DNA of 64,000 nt from Octopus vulgaris. Taxonomy: Eukaryota. The stretch lies in contig OX597825.1 in the NCBI GenBank assembly GCA_951406725.2, positions 17,546,001 through 17,610,000 of the forward strand, in the 5' to 3' direction. Below the pieces are notes generated by a model, which saw only the letters and a program-made list of their open reading frames with translations, had not been told where the DNA came from and made no database searches. Shown here in pieces: positions 13,878 through 27,599 of the stretch (within the stretch, counting starts at the first letter, position 1; the number at the start of each line of letters is the position of its first letter). The position numbers were made by a program, and so were the translations under genes.

Positions 13878-14850
13878 GAAGAGGCGAAACAAATAGTAAG
13901 ACAAGCAACATCAATGGAAATTGCAATTTCATTAATGGATTTATCCCAAGCCTACTGTAGCTGTTCACTCACGCTAGAATTATATAATTAAGCCGTTACA
14001 TGTAACGAAACGCATAATTGTATTTATTATATATTCGTAAGTATTTCCTCTAGCCACCGATCATTACAGGTTTATCATGAATCCTCAATGAATAATTATT
14101 GCATACACTGGTTTGCTATATATTGGAACGTGGATGGATTACATGTAGTTGAGCAACAAAGGTTAAATCACAGACAGATGTAATAATATATTGCAGTGAA
14201 TTCACAATAGCTTAATAAAAACAACAAAGCGAACATACAAAGGCAAGCAAGTACACGCACACACACGCACACACACACACGCACACTCACACTTACATAT
14301 ACACAAAAATGGATTGATGGATGTTTCTCTGAGAAATATTCAATTACGCAATTCACCGAATTGCATGCTTCTGGATTAATATATGCGTGGTTGAAACGTC
14401 CCTAGACATGTATTCCCATAACGTAATTCTCAGACTCCGTCAGATTGACATAGTGTCTAACACAGATCTACAATTTGAATTCGAAATACAACCCACCCGT
14501 CGGGCTTCTATACATTTTGCTTCTATCTTGCTTATTCTCACGTAAAGGATGTGTTGACCCTAGGTGATAGAAAATAAAATCAGCCTAAAATGACACGTAA
14601 TATGTTCGCGATATAACGGACTGCTCAATGAAGCCATATGGATATGTATGTGTATGTAGGCGTACGTCTATGTGTCTGTGTGTGGTTATCTTGTTTAACC
14701 AATCAGAAACCAATTTGGAGAAGAAATAACTTATAGGTAAAAAGCACAGCAACTATTATTTTTCAAAGCATAATAATCGCCATATTATAAACTCACCCAA
14801 ATAGCAACCTAATGGAGCTAAATATATATATTGAAATGCATTACGTATAT

Positions 14851-15245
14851 AGGCGCATGCGTGGCTGTGTGGTAAGAATCTTCCTTCCCGAAAAAAAAAA
14901 CGGTTCTCAGTTCAGACCCACTGTGTGGCACCTTGGCCAAATGTCTTCCAATGCAGCTTCACGTCGACCAAAGATTTGTGACTGGATTTAGCAGCCTGAA
15001 AGAAGTCCCTCGTAGATGTATATATATATGTATGCATGTATGTGTGTATGCATATGTGTGTGTGTGTGCATTTGTGTATTTCTCCTCATCACCACTTAAC
15101 AACCGGTGTTAGAGTGTTTACAATAGAACAAGTAGTATGCTTAAATATATTTTTCTGAAGTCGATTTCTTCGACTAAGAACATTCGAGGTTGTACTCCAG
15201 CATGACTGTAGTTAATTGACTGAAATATGTAAAAGAAATAAGGAA
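14851..15245 (+). mobile_element. SINE family A, full length, diverged
   Basis: tRNA-like head gcgtggctgtgtggtaag...gttcagaccc, an internal (TA/TG)n tract, and tail ctccagcatg...gactgaaa. Confidence 0.8.
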
Positions 15246-15873
15246 TACGTATGTATGTGTGTGTGTCTATATATATATATATATATTCAAGTATACAATT
15301 AACTATATGTATCTACATATCTCAATCAATTTTTTCGTGCGTGTATGTGTGTGTATATGTGACTTTGCGTGTGTGAATGTATATACAAGTTCATTTTTCT
15401 GTTTCTTATACATGGAATGAGACAAGTTTGCAAATTGTTTTGAGAATATTTGACACTTAAATCAACTTTTCTCCTTTTGTTTTTAATACTCATCTGAACA
15501 TTTCGTAAATGCGAGTTTTATAAAGAAATAATAATATTCCAATATCTAGAAGATTAAATATAAACAGGTATTGTAAATAGGTGTCTAGCAGAAACAAAAG
15601 TTAGAATTGAATATAGGGGCGAATATAGGCTGGGAGAAGAATGCATGGAACCAAATGTATAAATACAGGGTAAATGAGGAAGACAGCAAAATGAGAAAGA
15701 AATGAAGATGGAAGGTAAAAAGTGTGACAGATTGTGTTATAGGGTATTTGTAATATTCATAGATTGTTCATGAAGTGAGGGGAAAATCTAACTCATATAG
15801 GCATTCAAAGACAAGCGCACAGATAAACATGCACAAATATGATTATACTATTTTATAATACGTTAAAACTGCG

Positions 15874-16045
15874 TGCTGGCGAGGTATTTTGCACGCCAGG
15901 CAAAATGCTTTCGCCCGACCTGTAATTTCTGAGTTGAAATCCACAGGGGTCTACTTTAACTTTTATCCTTCCGTGGATGTCTGTGTAATCGACTTATCCA
16001 TTTCCACGAATTTGTCTGCCATGTGCCAACATTTGAAACCAGTAT
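15874..16045 (+). mobile_element. SINE family B, highly diverged
   Basis: gctggcgag...gcacgccagg caaaatgctt...ttctgagttgaaat...ttttatccttccg. Confidence 0.55.
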
Positions 16046-16616
16046 TTCATATTAAGTTTAATGATTAGGTATTAAACACTATGAAGTATTATATATGTGT
16101 TAGAAGATAATATATTCTATTCCAATCCGTAGCAGATGTATAGCGGAAAATTCAAGTCATTTTACTGAAATTTCGTGCTACAGTTTGGAGTCTGTATGGT
16201 CGCCATTTTACACACGTTTTACTGAAAACCATAATATAATTGCATAAGACTATCTTAACACAATCTTTTGTTACATGTGACTTCATGAGGATTTGTTGGA
16301 ATAATGAAGAATGATGTTTAGTGTCATTAAACATTTATATCATTCCAGAAATTTGAAAGCGCATTATATCTATCAGTTTGCAGACAAAGTGTCACCACAG
16401 AATTCAAAGACATCAGACGAAATGGTGTTTTAATGTAAGATATACTAACGCAGTAACAACAACATGAGTTGCGATGAAACGGAACAAGATGACATTAACA
16501 GAATTGCTAATGATAATAGATAAGAGAAAGACTGCAATTCCAAGTTTAAAACAAAACGTAAAAAGAATAAGAAACTGCAAGTTGCATACGTAAGTCTATG
16601 AACACGTATCGATATT

Positions 16617-16666
<50 letters not shown>

Positions 16667-16717
16667 TAATAGACGCATATGGATATATATATATATATAT
16701 ATATATATACATGCATA

Positions 16718-16749
<32 letters not shown>

Positions 16750-16781
16750 CAGACACACATATATATATATATATACACATG

Positions 16782-16820
<39 letters not shown>

Positions 16821-16952
16821 TGAGGGTGTCTAAAAGACACCAACATGCCGAAATAGCAGTCGAAACTCTGACTATAAAACCACGTTAAATGTTCATATCG
16901 CACCATGAGGTAAAGCGGAGGGACAAAACATACAAGCAAAAATTATTGAATA

Positions 16953-17012
16953 ATTCAAGATCCAAGGATTTCTGGTTCTGCTTTAGATAAGCTTTACCGT
17001 CATCAATTGAAT
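16953..17012 (-). ncRNA. Type I hammerhead-ribozyme-like motif (copy A)
   Basis: Minus strand: AUUCAA-UUGAUGA-C GGU AAA GCUU AUCUA AAGC AGA ACC A-GAAA-UCC UU GGAUC-UUGAAU. Confidence 0.6.
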
Positions 17013-17582
17013 ATATCAAGGGTACATAAATACAGATATATATATGCACAGCAAACGATATACTTACATATACGAGCGTCGTACATACATACATATGCAC
17101 GTATGGACACAGCCAGTTTGAATCGCCCGCCAAATCACCGCATAAGTACGATATGGTTAAAATAAGCACCGCAGTGAATATAATAACGAATTATATAAAT
17201 TTATATATGAGGATAATATCGATATTTAAGTGTCGAAATTATCAAGTGGCCAGCATGAAAGAAATACCTTACAAAGGTAAAAAAAATTTTTTTTTTAACA
17301 ATTAAAAATGAGGGTGTCTAAAAGACACCAACATGCCGAAATAGCAGTCGAAACTCTGACTATAAAATATATAAATATATAAACTCATACATAAATTTAT
17401 ATAATTCGTTATTATATTCACTGCGGTGCTTATTTTAACCATATCGTACTTATGCGGTGATTTGGCGGGCGATTCAAACTGGCTGTGTCCATACGTGCAT
17501 ATGTATGTATGTACGACGCTCGTATATGTAAGTATATCGTTTGCTGTGCATATATATATCTGTATTTATGTACCCTTGATAT

Positions 17583-17642
17583 ATTCAATTGATGACGGTA
17601 AAGCTTATATAAAGCAGAACCAGAAATCCTTGGATCTTGAAT
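17583..17642 (+). ncRNA. Type I hammerhead-ribozyme-like motif (copy B)
   Basis: Stem I AUUCAA/UUGAAU; core UUGAUGA (17589-17595); stem II GGU/ACC plus GCUU/AAGC; GAAA (17623-17626); short stem III AUCC-UU-GGAU; cleavage triplet AUC. Confidence 0.62.
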
Positions 17643-18073
17643 TATTCAATAATTTTTGCTTGTATGTTTTTTCCCTCCGCTTTACCTCATGGTGCGATAT
17701 GAACATTTAACGTGGTTTTATAGTCAGAGTTTTGACTGCTATTTCGGCATGTTGGTGTCTTTTAGACACCCTCATTTTTAATTGTTAAAAACAAAAATTT
17801 GTTACCTTTGTAAGGTATTTCTTTCATGCTGGCCACTTGATAATTTGGACACTTAAATATCGATATTATCCTCATATCTAAATTTATATAATTCGTTATT
17901 ATATTCACTGCGGTGCTTATTTTAACCATATCGTACTTCTGCGGTGATTTGGCGGGCGATTCAAACTGGCTGTGTCCATACGTGCATATGTATGTATGTA
18001 CGACGCTCGTATATGTAAGTATATCGTTTGCTGTGCATATATATATATATCTGTATTTATGTACCCTTGATAT

Positions 18074-18132
18074 ATTCAATTGATGACGGTAAAGCTTATT
18101 TAAAGCAGAACCAGAAATCCTGGATCTTGAAT
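18074..18132 (+). ncRNA. Type I hammerhead-ribozyme-like motif (copy C)
   Basis: As copy B, with loop AUUUA and one U missing in the stem III loop. Confidence 0.58.
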
Positions 18133-18364
18133 TATTCAATAATTTTTGCTTGTATGTTTTGTCTCTCCGCTTTACCTCATGGTGCGATATGAACATTTAA
18201 CGTGGTTTTATAGTCAGAGTTTTGACTGCTATTTCGGCATGTTGGTGTCTTTTAGACACCCTCATTTTTAATTGTTAAAAAAAAATTTTTTTTTACCTTT
18301 GTAAGGTATTTCTTTCATGCTGGCCACTTGATAATTTCGACACTTAAATATCGATATTATCCTC

Positions 18365-18422
<58 letters not shown>

Positions 18423-18615
18423 GTACACACACATATAGGTATACATGTACTCATTTCCATTATACTTTTAGTTCCTTAAATTAGCGTATCTATGCATGAG
18501 TGTTTCAATCCGAAACTTTAACTACATTTCACTGTTTGCAAGTGTTTTTTTATGATTCATGCATTGGCGTTGTGATTCTCTTAACATTCATGCTAGGCGA
18601 CAAACAAACTAAACG

Positions 18616-18900
18616 TGGTGGCACATGGCTCATTGGTTCTAGCAGCGGACTCGTCATCGAGGGATCGTGGGTTCGAATCTCAGACTGGGCGATGTGCCCG
18701 TTTATGAGCGAAACACGTAAGTTCTACGCAGCTCCAGCACAAGGTAACGGCGAACTTCTGCTGACCCTTCCATCACATCTTTCGCTTACTCTTTCCTCCT
18801 ACATCTAGCAGCGACGGACAAGTGTATACGTATACGCCAATGAAACGAAGGAACCGGCCCTTATGAGCCATGCCATGTTTCGAAAAGGAACAAACAACAA
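18616..18900 (+). mobile_element. SINE family C (tRNA-derived head gtggaggcgcatggcctagtggttag)
   Basis: A-box and B-box-like head (gggttcgaatct); homologous to 43009-43320; (CAA)n tail. Confidence 0.85.
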
Positions 18901-19235
18901 CAGCATACGCTAAGCAATATAATAGGACCTCATTACATAACACACATGGTAACGGCAATGATCGTTGTTTAATCAAATAGTGTTGTCTCTTAGTCTTTCC
19001 CAAGAAATGTTGTCGTTAGAGAATTTGTCAACAGTGTTACTATTGTTTTTATTTGATTTAAAACTTTGCTTTGGCAATATAAACATTGCAGGTTCAATGT
19101 TTAATACACCTTTTTTGTAATTGAATATTTTTAAGATTCGCAAATAATGTAAGTAGGGGATATGATTCGGCTGCTCAGTTTCTTTACATATTGTTGTTGT
19201 TATTTAGTGTATTTGCTCTTTGTATTTGAAAGATG

Positions 19236-19489
19236 GTGGAGGCAAGTTGTTCAGTCGTTAGGGTGCCAGCACCATGACCCTAAGATTGTGGTTTCGATTC
19301 CTTGACCGGGCAAAGCGTTGTGTTCTTGAGCAAAACACTTCATTTCACATTGCTCCAGTCCACTCAGCTGGCAAAAATGATCAACACTGAGATGGGCTGG
19401 CGTCCCGTCCAGCTAGGGAACACATAGGACATAGAAACCGGGAAACTGGGCCTATGAGCCTCTCTAGGTTTTAAAATGGCGCATTTATT
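19236..19489 (+). mobile_element. SINE family C variant with 13-bp TSD
   Basis: TSD tatttgaaagatg at 19223-19235 and 19490-19502; B-box ggtttcgattcc; homologous to 52872-53135. Confidence 0.85.
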
Positions 19490-19577
19490 TATTTGAAAGA
19501 TGAGGCTTATTAGTGCGACATTTTAACTGAAACTACTAGCAAGTCTTAAACCTAACTACACCTTTATATATCTATAC

Positions 19578-19796
19578 CAGTGTTTTTCAATATTTTTGCT
19601 GGAGCGGAACCCCAAGGAAACATTCCACTGGCTAGAGGAACCCATGTGCAATAATTTAATAGACTTATGCACACATATCTGCACAGGAGAATTAAAAATT
19701 ACTGCCGATTTTAGCAGTTTTGTAATTTCTTGCGGAACCCCTGGACTGTACTGGTGGAACCCTAAGGTTCCGCGGAATCCTGGTTGTAAAGCACTG
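19578..19796. mobile_element. hAT (Charlie-like) MITE
   Basis: TIRs CAGTGTTTTTCAA...TTGTAAAGCACTG; repeated subterminal (C)GGAACCC motifs; left flank atctatac resembles the NTCTAGAN target. The right flank matches only imperfectly. Confidence 0.75.
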
Positions 19797-20846
19797 AAAT
19801 ATATACTACCGGCCCCACATAAATAGTTTATTTATCTTGTTTAAACGCCAATTTTTCTGCAAGATAGCGTTCTGGGACCCTATGTATATGTGACCAGAGA
19901 GAATTGGAATGATTGAAATGTAGACAATAAAAACCCATTCAAGAGAACAGTATGAAATGTTTCTCTGATACATTATCGCTTTGAGTAGAATTTAGAAACG
20001 TGACTTGAAAAAATATGGCATAAATTCTTTGGATAAAATGTTAAGTCAAAATGTGTGTCTACATCGGGTGAGGGGGAAAGAGGAAAAGGTATTAGATTAG
20101 AAGTCTCTGCAAGTAAGATATATGATCTATTGTTTATTTACTATATTTATTACATTTTGTTTTTCATATTTTCTTCTTTCTTTTGTCGTATTTCATTCAA
20201 AATTGCTCGGTATTCTTTTATTCATTTTGTTCTCCTTTATTCCATTTTCTTCTTAATTTTTCAATATTTTGTATATATTTCTCATTTCTTTCTAACCTAT
20301 CTATTTGAAATTATTTATCACACATCTTTTTATTGAAAATTATTCGCATATTCAAAAATAATGTTCCAATTCTTGTTCTATCAAATATTTATTACAGTGT
20401 CAGTTTTCAGATAAAGATAAAATGTATTGAATAATCAACTAGCCAAAACATGGAGTAACAAATATGAAAATCTCAATTCTAGCAGTTCTGGTATAAATAA
20501 CTCTTCTTAATATATTGAGTATTTTTTTCTGTTTCCTATCGTTTCTATTATAGATATATGAGTATGTGTTCGTATTTGTGTGTCTGACTGTGCATGCGTG
20601 CATGAGCATTTCGTTGTTAATTGGAGATTCAAACACGTATAATTTACATAAACGTAATCTGACGAGTAATACTGCTATATGCTCAATGTAGATATATTCA
20701 CATCGTACTAACTACGCGGATCCTCATAATGCATGATATGTCACAAACAAAATAACGTAAGTGGCTGGAGTAATATACTGTGAGATTATCCAATGTAGAT
20801 ATATATAATTATCAGAGAGCATATATTGAGAAGATTGTTATTTCTC

Positions 20847-21449
20847 ATTTCTTTACCACCCACAAGGTGATAAAAGTGGAGGTGACAAATAAGGACAGAC
20901 AAAGGGATTAAGTCGATTATATCGACCCCAGTGCTTAACTGATCCTTCTTTAATCGGCCCCGAAAGGATGAAAGGCGAAGTTGACCTCGGCGGAATTTGA
21001 AATCAGAACGTAGCAGCAGACGAAATACCTATTTCTTTACTACCCACAAGGGGCTAAACACAGAGAGGACAAACAAGGAGAGACAAATGGATTAAGTCGA
21101 TTATATTGATACCAGTGCGTAACTGGTACTTTATTTAATCGAGCCAGAAAGGATAGAAAGCAAAGTCGACCTCGGCGGAATTTGAACTCAGAACGTTGAG
21201 GCAGACGATATACCTATTTCTTTACTACCCACAAGGGGCTAAACACAGAGAGGACAAACAAGGAGAGACAAACGGATTAAGTCGATTATATCGATCTCAG
21301 TGCGTAACTGGTACTTTATTTAATCGAGCCAGAAAGGATGGAAAGCAAAGTCGACCTCGGCGGAATTTGAACTCAGAACGTTGCGGCAGACGAAATACCG
21401 CTAAGCATTTCGCCCGGCGTGCTAACGTTTCTGCCAGCTCGCCGCCTTA
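20847..21449 (-). mobile_element. SINE family B with one head and three tandem ~185-bp body copies
   Basis: Units start at 20847, 21031 and 21216; single head at 21400-21449. Confidence 0.9.
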
Positions 21450-23543
21450 ATGTTTGTTATTTCTTTAGCTTCCAATAATCTTCACATACACCGTTCGAAT
21501 TTATTTTGGCAATTGCAGGCAAGCAGAATTTTGATGCTATAAAAGTCTAAATGTTAATAGCAGATTTCATAACCATTGGACGATGTAATTACCGTTGTCA
21601 TTCGTTAGTTTCACAATATTGAATTGAAAAAATGACATTCACATAATGCCATATTCTGTCTGCACTTTCATATATTCACCTCTAAACTTCTTATTGTGAA
21701 AATCTTAGATTTTAAGTTATTTTCTCATTACCATTCTCTGTCTTCAAACTAATATATATATATATAGGGCTGCTAGGAAGTCACATTTACACATCTGTAG
21801 TTCAAACTTGATCAAACCTGTGAACAACTCATTGTTCAAGTATTTGTCAGAAAGCTATAATTGAGCTAAGGTTTTCGACCGGAGGAATTACTTATTGTTC
21901 ATGCTTTCAAAAAGTGTAGCATTCCCCATATTCGATACTGAGCAAAGATGATGACTTAACATTCTTATTTTAATGTGAATACCACCACCATGGGCACACT
22001 GTATAACAGGAGTCCTTAAAGATTTTGGTTAGCAATTATAAATTCGCAATTCATATTCAGATATTTGGATCACTCTTATTCTGATGTAATAATTGCTAGA
22101 CTGACCCATTCATTTATCGAAATTTGAAAGGTAGAAGCAGAAGTAAAGTTTGACGAGGGAAATCTTCTATAGTACTAGGATGGTACTTTATTTGTATTTA
22201 TCGACAGTTTTTCAATTACATTGATATGAAATCAAAGAACACAAACTCAGAACAATGATGTGTTGATGCACTGCGGCACTGTGTATGTGTGTGCATGAGT
22301 GTGTGTGTGTGTGTGAGTGATTGTGTATACATGTGACTATACGTGTATCACTCTGGGGGAAAGTCAGTATATGTTTGTATTTTTCATGGAATTTTGCTCT
22401 GGTATACGTGCGGGGTTTTTTCCTGAATGTCGCGGGTTACTATGATTCGCCGTGATTGCTTATATACCAGGACCCTTGGAGGTTTGTTCGATATTCACAA
22501 AACCATCTGCTTCAAATATTTTGATCTAAGCTGAACACAAGTATGGCTTATAATTTTACTCACATATTGTTGTGCATCATGAGACTAAAATTATTACTGT
22601 TATGGCAGGCTTTTAACTAAAGTTCTTCCGGCGATTTATGATTTCGTTCTTTTCATTATCTGCATCCTCTACCATCAATTTATTTTTTTCATCATGATAG
22701 CGTGTCATTTTTGTAAGATTTAAATATTTCTAGTAATTTAGGCGATTGTTGGTGTCTCTTAAAAGAGTTACATTTTATATAGAGGCTCCGCACATCATAA
22801 ATATGTTCATCTTCACAGGAATCAGACGTAAAGCTATATGAAATTGTTAAAACTACCAATGAAATTGAGGTATCGTTGCTAATTTTTTTTTCTTTTTTAT
22901 CGCATCAATGCTTTGAAATTTGAGTGCATTCTAAACAAGGTAACACTGCAAACACATTATAAATTGCTTCAGATTTTCTTTCAAATATGAAACATTAATT
23001 CAATGGAAAATATTTATCTCTGACAAATAATCGGTTCTTTGTGAAGATAACTTTGAACACGATTGTATAGAAAACTATTCAAAATAACTTGATATATTAA
23101 ACTATGTTATCTTCCTGTATGAGAGAGTTTCGCCTATAAAAACATACGCTAATAAGAAAACATATCCGGCAACTTAGATACTAGATTCAACAATATTGCC
23201 GTATCATTAGTTACTGTGTAAGTTAAGACTATTCTCCTGAAAATTGTATATTCTAAATTGTAAATTGTGTAGATTCAGAGTTTATATCTACGCAAAAACT
23301 AAGATAATACTGAGATAACTACTAGAGACAGCGCCCTCTAAAATAGTTTGAAATATATCTCTGAAAATCTGCGTATATCTACGTTTGTTACGATTATGTA
23401 TATTTCCCAAGTGCCTACAGAACGAAAGAAAATTATATTTTAAAATGGAGAAATTATTCACTTTTCCCACCCATTTGTATATCTCTATGAGGAAACATAC
23501 ACACATTCACACGTGCACATACATACATACATACATACATACA

Positions 23544-23577
<34 letters not shown>

Positions 23578-23671
23578 CAGACAGTTACGCATACTAACAC
23601 ACACATATACAAAGATGCTTATAATTGTATGAATATTATATATATGTATATGTATATATATATATACATAT

Positions 23672-23728
<57 letters not shown>

Positions 23729-23792
23729 CATATATACATGCATATATGTATGTATAAATATATAAACATATATATGTATACATATATATGTA

Positions 23793-23856
<64 letters not shown>

Positions 23857-24310
23857 CATATACATACATACATAGATATATACACATATAATATTAACAC
23901 TAGTAAACAAATGAACATGTCCGTTGTGTAAAGTATGTAAATATATATGTTTGAGTATGTGAGATGTGTTTGTAAATTTGCCTATGTCTAACCATTTCAG
24001 ATAGAATTCATTTTTATACACAATTTCTCACTTATACACACACATACCGACACTCCCAGGCAAAAATATACAGTGAAAAACAAACTTTGAGATCCTTATA
24101 CACAAATGCACATAGACACACATGTGGGGCGCGCACACACACATATACTCGCATATGTTTTGTATCTGTCCTCTTTTTCCCTCTCTCGTTTGCCATACTT
24201 CCTTTTCTTTCTCGCTTCCACTCTCAGTTTGTTTTTCATAAGATATATTTCTTAAGGGTGTATTTATTTTTCACCCATATATATATGTATAAACATACAT
24301 ACATACATAC

Positions 24311-24429
<119 letters not shown>

Positions 24430-24898
24430 TCTTTTATCCTTCAACTTGTTTCACTCATAAGGACTGCGGCCTTAATTTATTCTTACAATTATATATTTAT
24501 ATTCCTTTATCCTATTTCTGTCGTCTACATTACATTTTCATTCCCTTCTCTATCTGATTACAATCCTGTCGGTTTTCTCTTACAACTACTTTACTCTCTC
24601 CTTATTTCTCTTCACCACTTGCATATGTCTTTTCTTGGTTTCCGTCTCAGCACATTTATAAAAAATTTTGCTATCTTTTCAACACCACACATTTGATATC
24701 TGTTACAACATGCAACGAAGTTGTCGACTGATGGTCCCTTGCAGTTAATCATGGAATTACACCTGAAAAATCTGATAGTGGGGTTCTAAAACAACCACAT
24801 CGCTGGAACGTATGCAGGGAACCAATGATGTATACTTGTGTCTATCATACTTCTTCATATATATATAAATACCTACATATACATATATGCCAACATGC

Positions 24899-25014
<116 letters not shown>

Positions 25015-25544
25015 ATGCATGTATGTATAACAAGTGGCAACTTAGGCAACCGATTTGGGCCGAAAAATGTTTCTCCGCAGTGAATTTGTTGCTGGACAAA
25101 GTCTGCCTGGACGTATTTAGAATTTGTTTCTGGTCATTGTTGTTACTATTCTATGGAAATGTAGCTTGTGTTGTACAGACCACATGGATCGTTCATTCCT
25201 ACTTCCATAAATAGTCTTCAGGACACATGGAAGCGACTGTATGTTTGAGATCCTTTTTAAATGCGATATATCTCAAGAGAATACCATGTACATTTTAAAG
25301 TAGTGTTCTATTCCACGTTGGGAACAAAGTTAAATGGTGTTTTGTGACAAAAAGGGCGGCTTCCATATGTTGTGTTAGAAATCGATGGAAGAAATCTACC
25401 ATTACCGTATTTCCCATGTTACCTCAATATCCGGTGTTGCATCCTTCAGATATTGTATTAGTAACGACAAAAGGGTCCCACACTGAGACAAACACACATG
25501 CACAAATACACAAATACATGTATATTTGTGTTTCTGTGCGTATG

Positions 25545-25575
<31 letters not shown>

Positions 25576-26128
25576 ATAAGCTGGAATGGTATTGTTGAAG
25601 ACAAAACAACACTTTCAATAAAGCGCTTTCTCCATAACAAGAGTTACATAATTTATGAACAGAATTTGTCTCTATGGATTATCATTCGTTTTGTCGGAGC
25701 GGTTCGTTATGTAAAGAACTCACTGATTTTCACACAATTTTATGTGTGTGAGTGTGTATGGGGGGCTTTGTCTGTGTAGATGTGACTGTTTCTGGATGTG
25801 TAAGCTAAAACATGTTGTATACTCCCATGTGATTTTTACATGCTATCAATTGCATTTCGCCACTATTCCCAACAGCTCGTTGAAATGTTATAACTATTGT
25901 TATCAGGCGATTATTTCCTAAGAGACGAGGAGTGTAATATGATAAAATAACCATGTAACTTTAATTTTAAACTCAGCACGAAACCTCTAGTCTCTCCTGT
26001 AAACTGCGAAAGAAATTACATTAACTATTCACCAAAAGTAAGTTATATTTGAGTGTTAGCAATACAAAAAATATTTCAAATATCACCAGGTGTAGTAAAT
26101 GCAAAAACTATTGCGACTATTTCAAGAG

Positions 26129-26163
<35 letters not shown>

Positions 26164-26882
26164 TTTATACATATGGAGATCAAAAATTATTAAGATTAAG
26201 CCGAAAATTCTGATGAATAAAGTAGACTGGAATATGAATACGTAGAAAAAAAAAACTTTATCTGGCGCTCTTACTTCCAGAAATTATAACGTGGTGCGCT
26301 GCATTGATAACACAGAATATCCATGCTGTTATTAATTGCACCTGCTAAGTATTACGCTGTATTGACTGACATATAGTAGGCAACGACTGTCTCCAAATAT
26401 ACTTACGCAAAACTGATACAAATTTTGATCATATATATTAAATAATAACCAACAATGATTTAGGCTGCCCAATAAATTTTATATTATTTGTAAATTCCAC
26501 TGTAATTCTAACCAGGGAAAGTGAGTTATTGTCAATTTTGTCGATTTATTGAAGAAATCATTCTTTTTCTAGAAAATTCAAACATAGACGTATCCACCCT
26601 TTATCTGGTACTAGGATACGAGCTAGGATACACGTCAAGATCTCTTCAAATATATACCTTGTCTTTAGTCAGTACATTTGACGAAAGTTTGAAACAAAAC
26701 GTGTTTAATTAAATTTCGTTATGTTACACATGCAGACATTTAATAGACAGTTCACGATTTTAAGATAACGATTTAAATTCTTCTTTATATTTTTTATGCA
26801 TACTTACGTATTTATAGATAGACACGGGAATATTCTACGGAACCAATGGTAAACAATTGGTTTATTTCTGAAGATTTTATCC

Positions 26883-27049
26883 GTGTGGCTGTGTGTTAAG
26901 TAGCTTGCTTACCAACCACATGGTTCCGGATTCATTCCCACTGCGTGGCATCTTGGGCAAGTATTTTCTACTATAGCCTCGGGCCGACCAAAGCCTTGTG
27001 AGTTGATTTAGTAGACGGAAACTGAAAGAAGCCCGTCGTATATGTGTGT

Positions 27050-27089
<40 letters not shown>

Positions 27090-27211
27090 GTGTGTGTGTG
27101 CGTGTATGTTTGTGTGTCTGTGTTTGTCCTCCCAACATCGCTTGACAACAGATGCTTGTGTGTTTACGTCCGCGTAACTTAGCGGTTCGGTAAAAGAGTA
27201 AAAGAGTAAAG
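26883..27211 (+). mobile_element. SINE family A with internal microsatellite and 3' deletion
   Basis: Matches 28711-29000, then jumps from gcggttcggtaaaagag straight to the (taaaagag) tail. Confidence 0.88.
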
Positions 27212-27599
27212 TGTAAGTAGTTTTATGTCAGTGTCAAAAGGTAGTCACTCATCTATTAATCATTGAAAAGCGAAGGAAATTGGAATACGATGATTACTTA
27301 ATGCACTTTATGTATAGACTTTATATACTCCATTTATACAATTTTATAGACTTAAAACACAACACTCCCTCTTCGACTTATCCTCTTTTTCTCCCTCCTT
27401 TGTCTTCAGCTCTTTGCATTTCCTTTGTAATAATCACTTGAAAACGTTACAGACAGGCTAAATAACGGAAATAATTTTGTTAAAAAATTACACATTTCAC
27501 TCACTACCACGACTTACTCCCTACCCCTTCCCCGAAGGTGTGGTACTGTGAGCGTTACGGACGAGCTAAGTAAGTAATGACAAGAAGAATTATTATAAA

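Larger units (their letters stand above)
16813..18367. repeat. ~490-bp unit: ~1.1 copies (16813-17368) inverted against 2 tandem copies (17391-18367), flanked by (TA)n
   Basis: Unit offsets are 489 (16813 vs 17302) and 491 (17583 vs 18074). Copies differ by a few substitutions. ORFs 16885-17169(-) and 17426-17710(+) are near-identical because of the inversion. Confidence 0.95.

Noticed and set aside
16818-16875. Second hammerhead on the opposite strand of the 490-bp unit (atgag-ggtgtc/gacacc hairpin...ccgaaatagcagtc)
   Set aside because: The CUGANGA box and stem I are missing; only a hairpin and a GAAA are present.
16885-18196. Repeated 94-144 aa ORFs in the 490-bp unit
   Set aside because: They recur only because of the DNA repeat, have no recognisable motif, and have microsatellite-like composition.
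16813-18367. CRISPR-like array or assembly artefact
   Set aside because: There is no short repeat/unique spacer structure, the context is eukaryotic, and the copies carry distinct substitutions.
25030-25480. Non-repetitive, moderately GC-rich island that might be a transposon or exon relic
   Set aside because: No diagnostic motif in the frames I translated.
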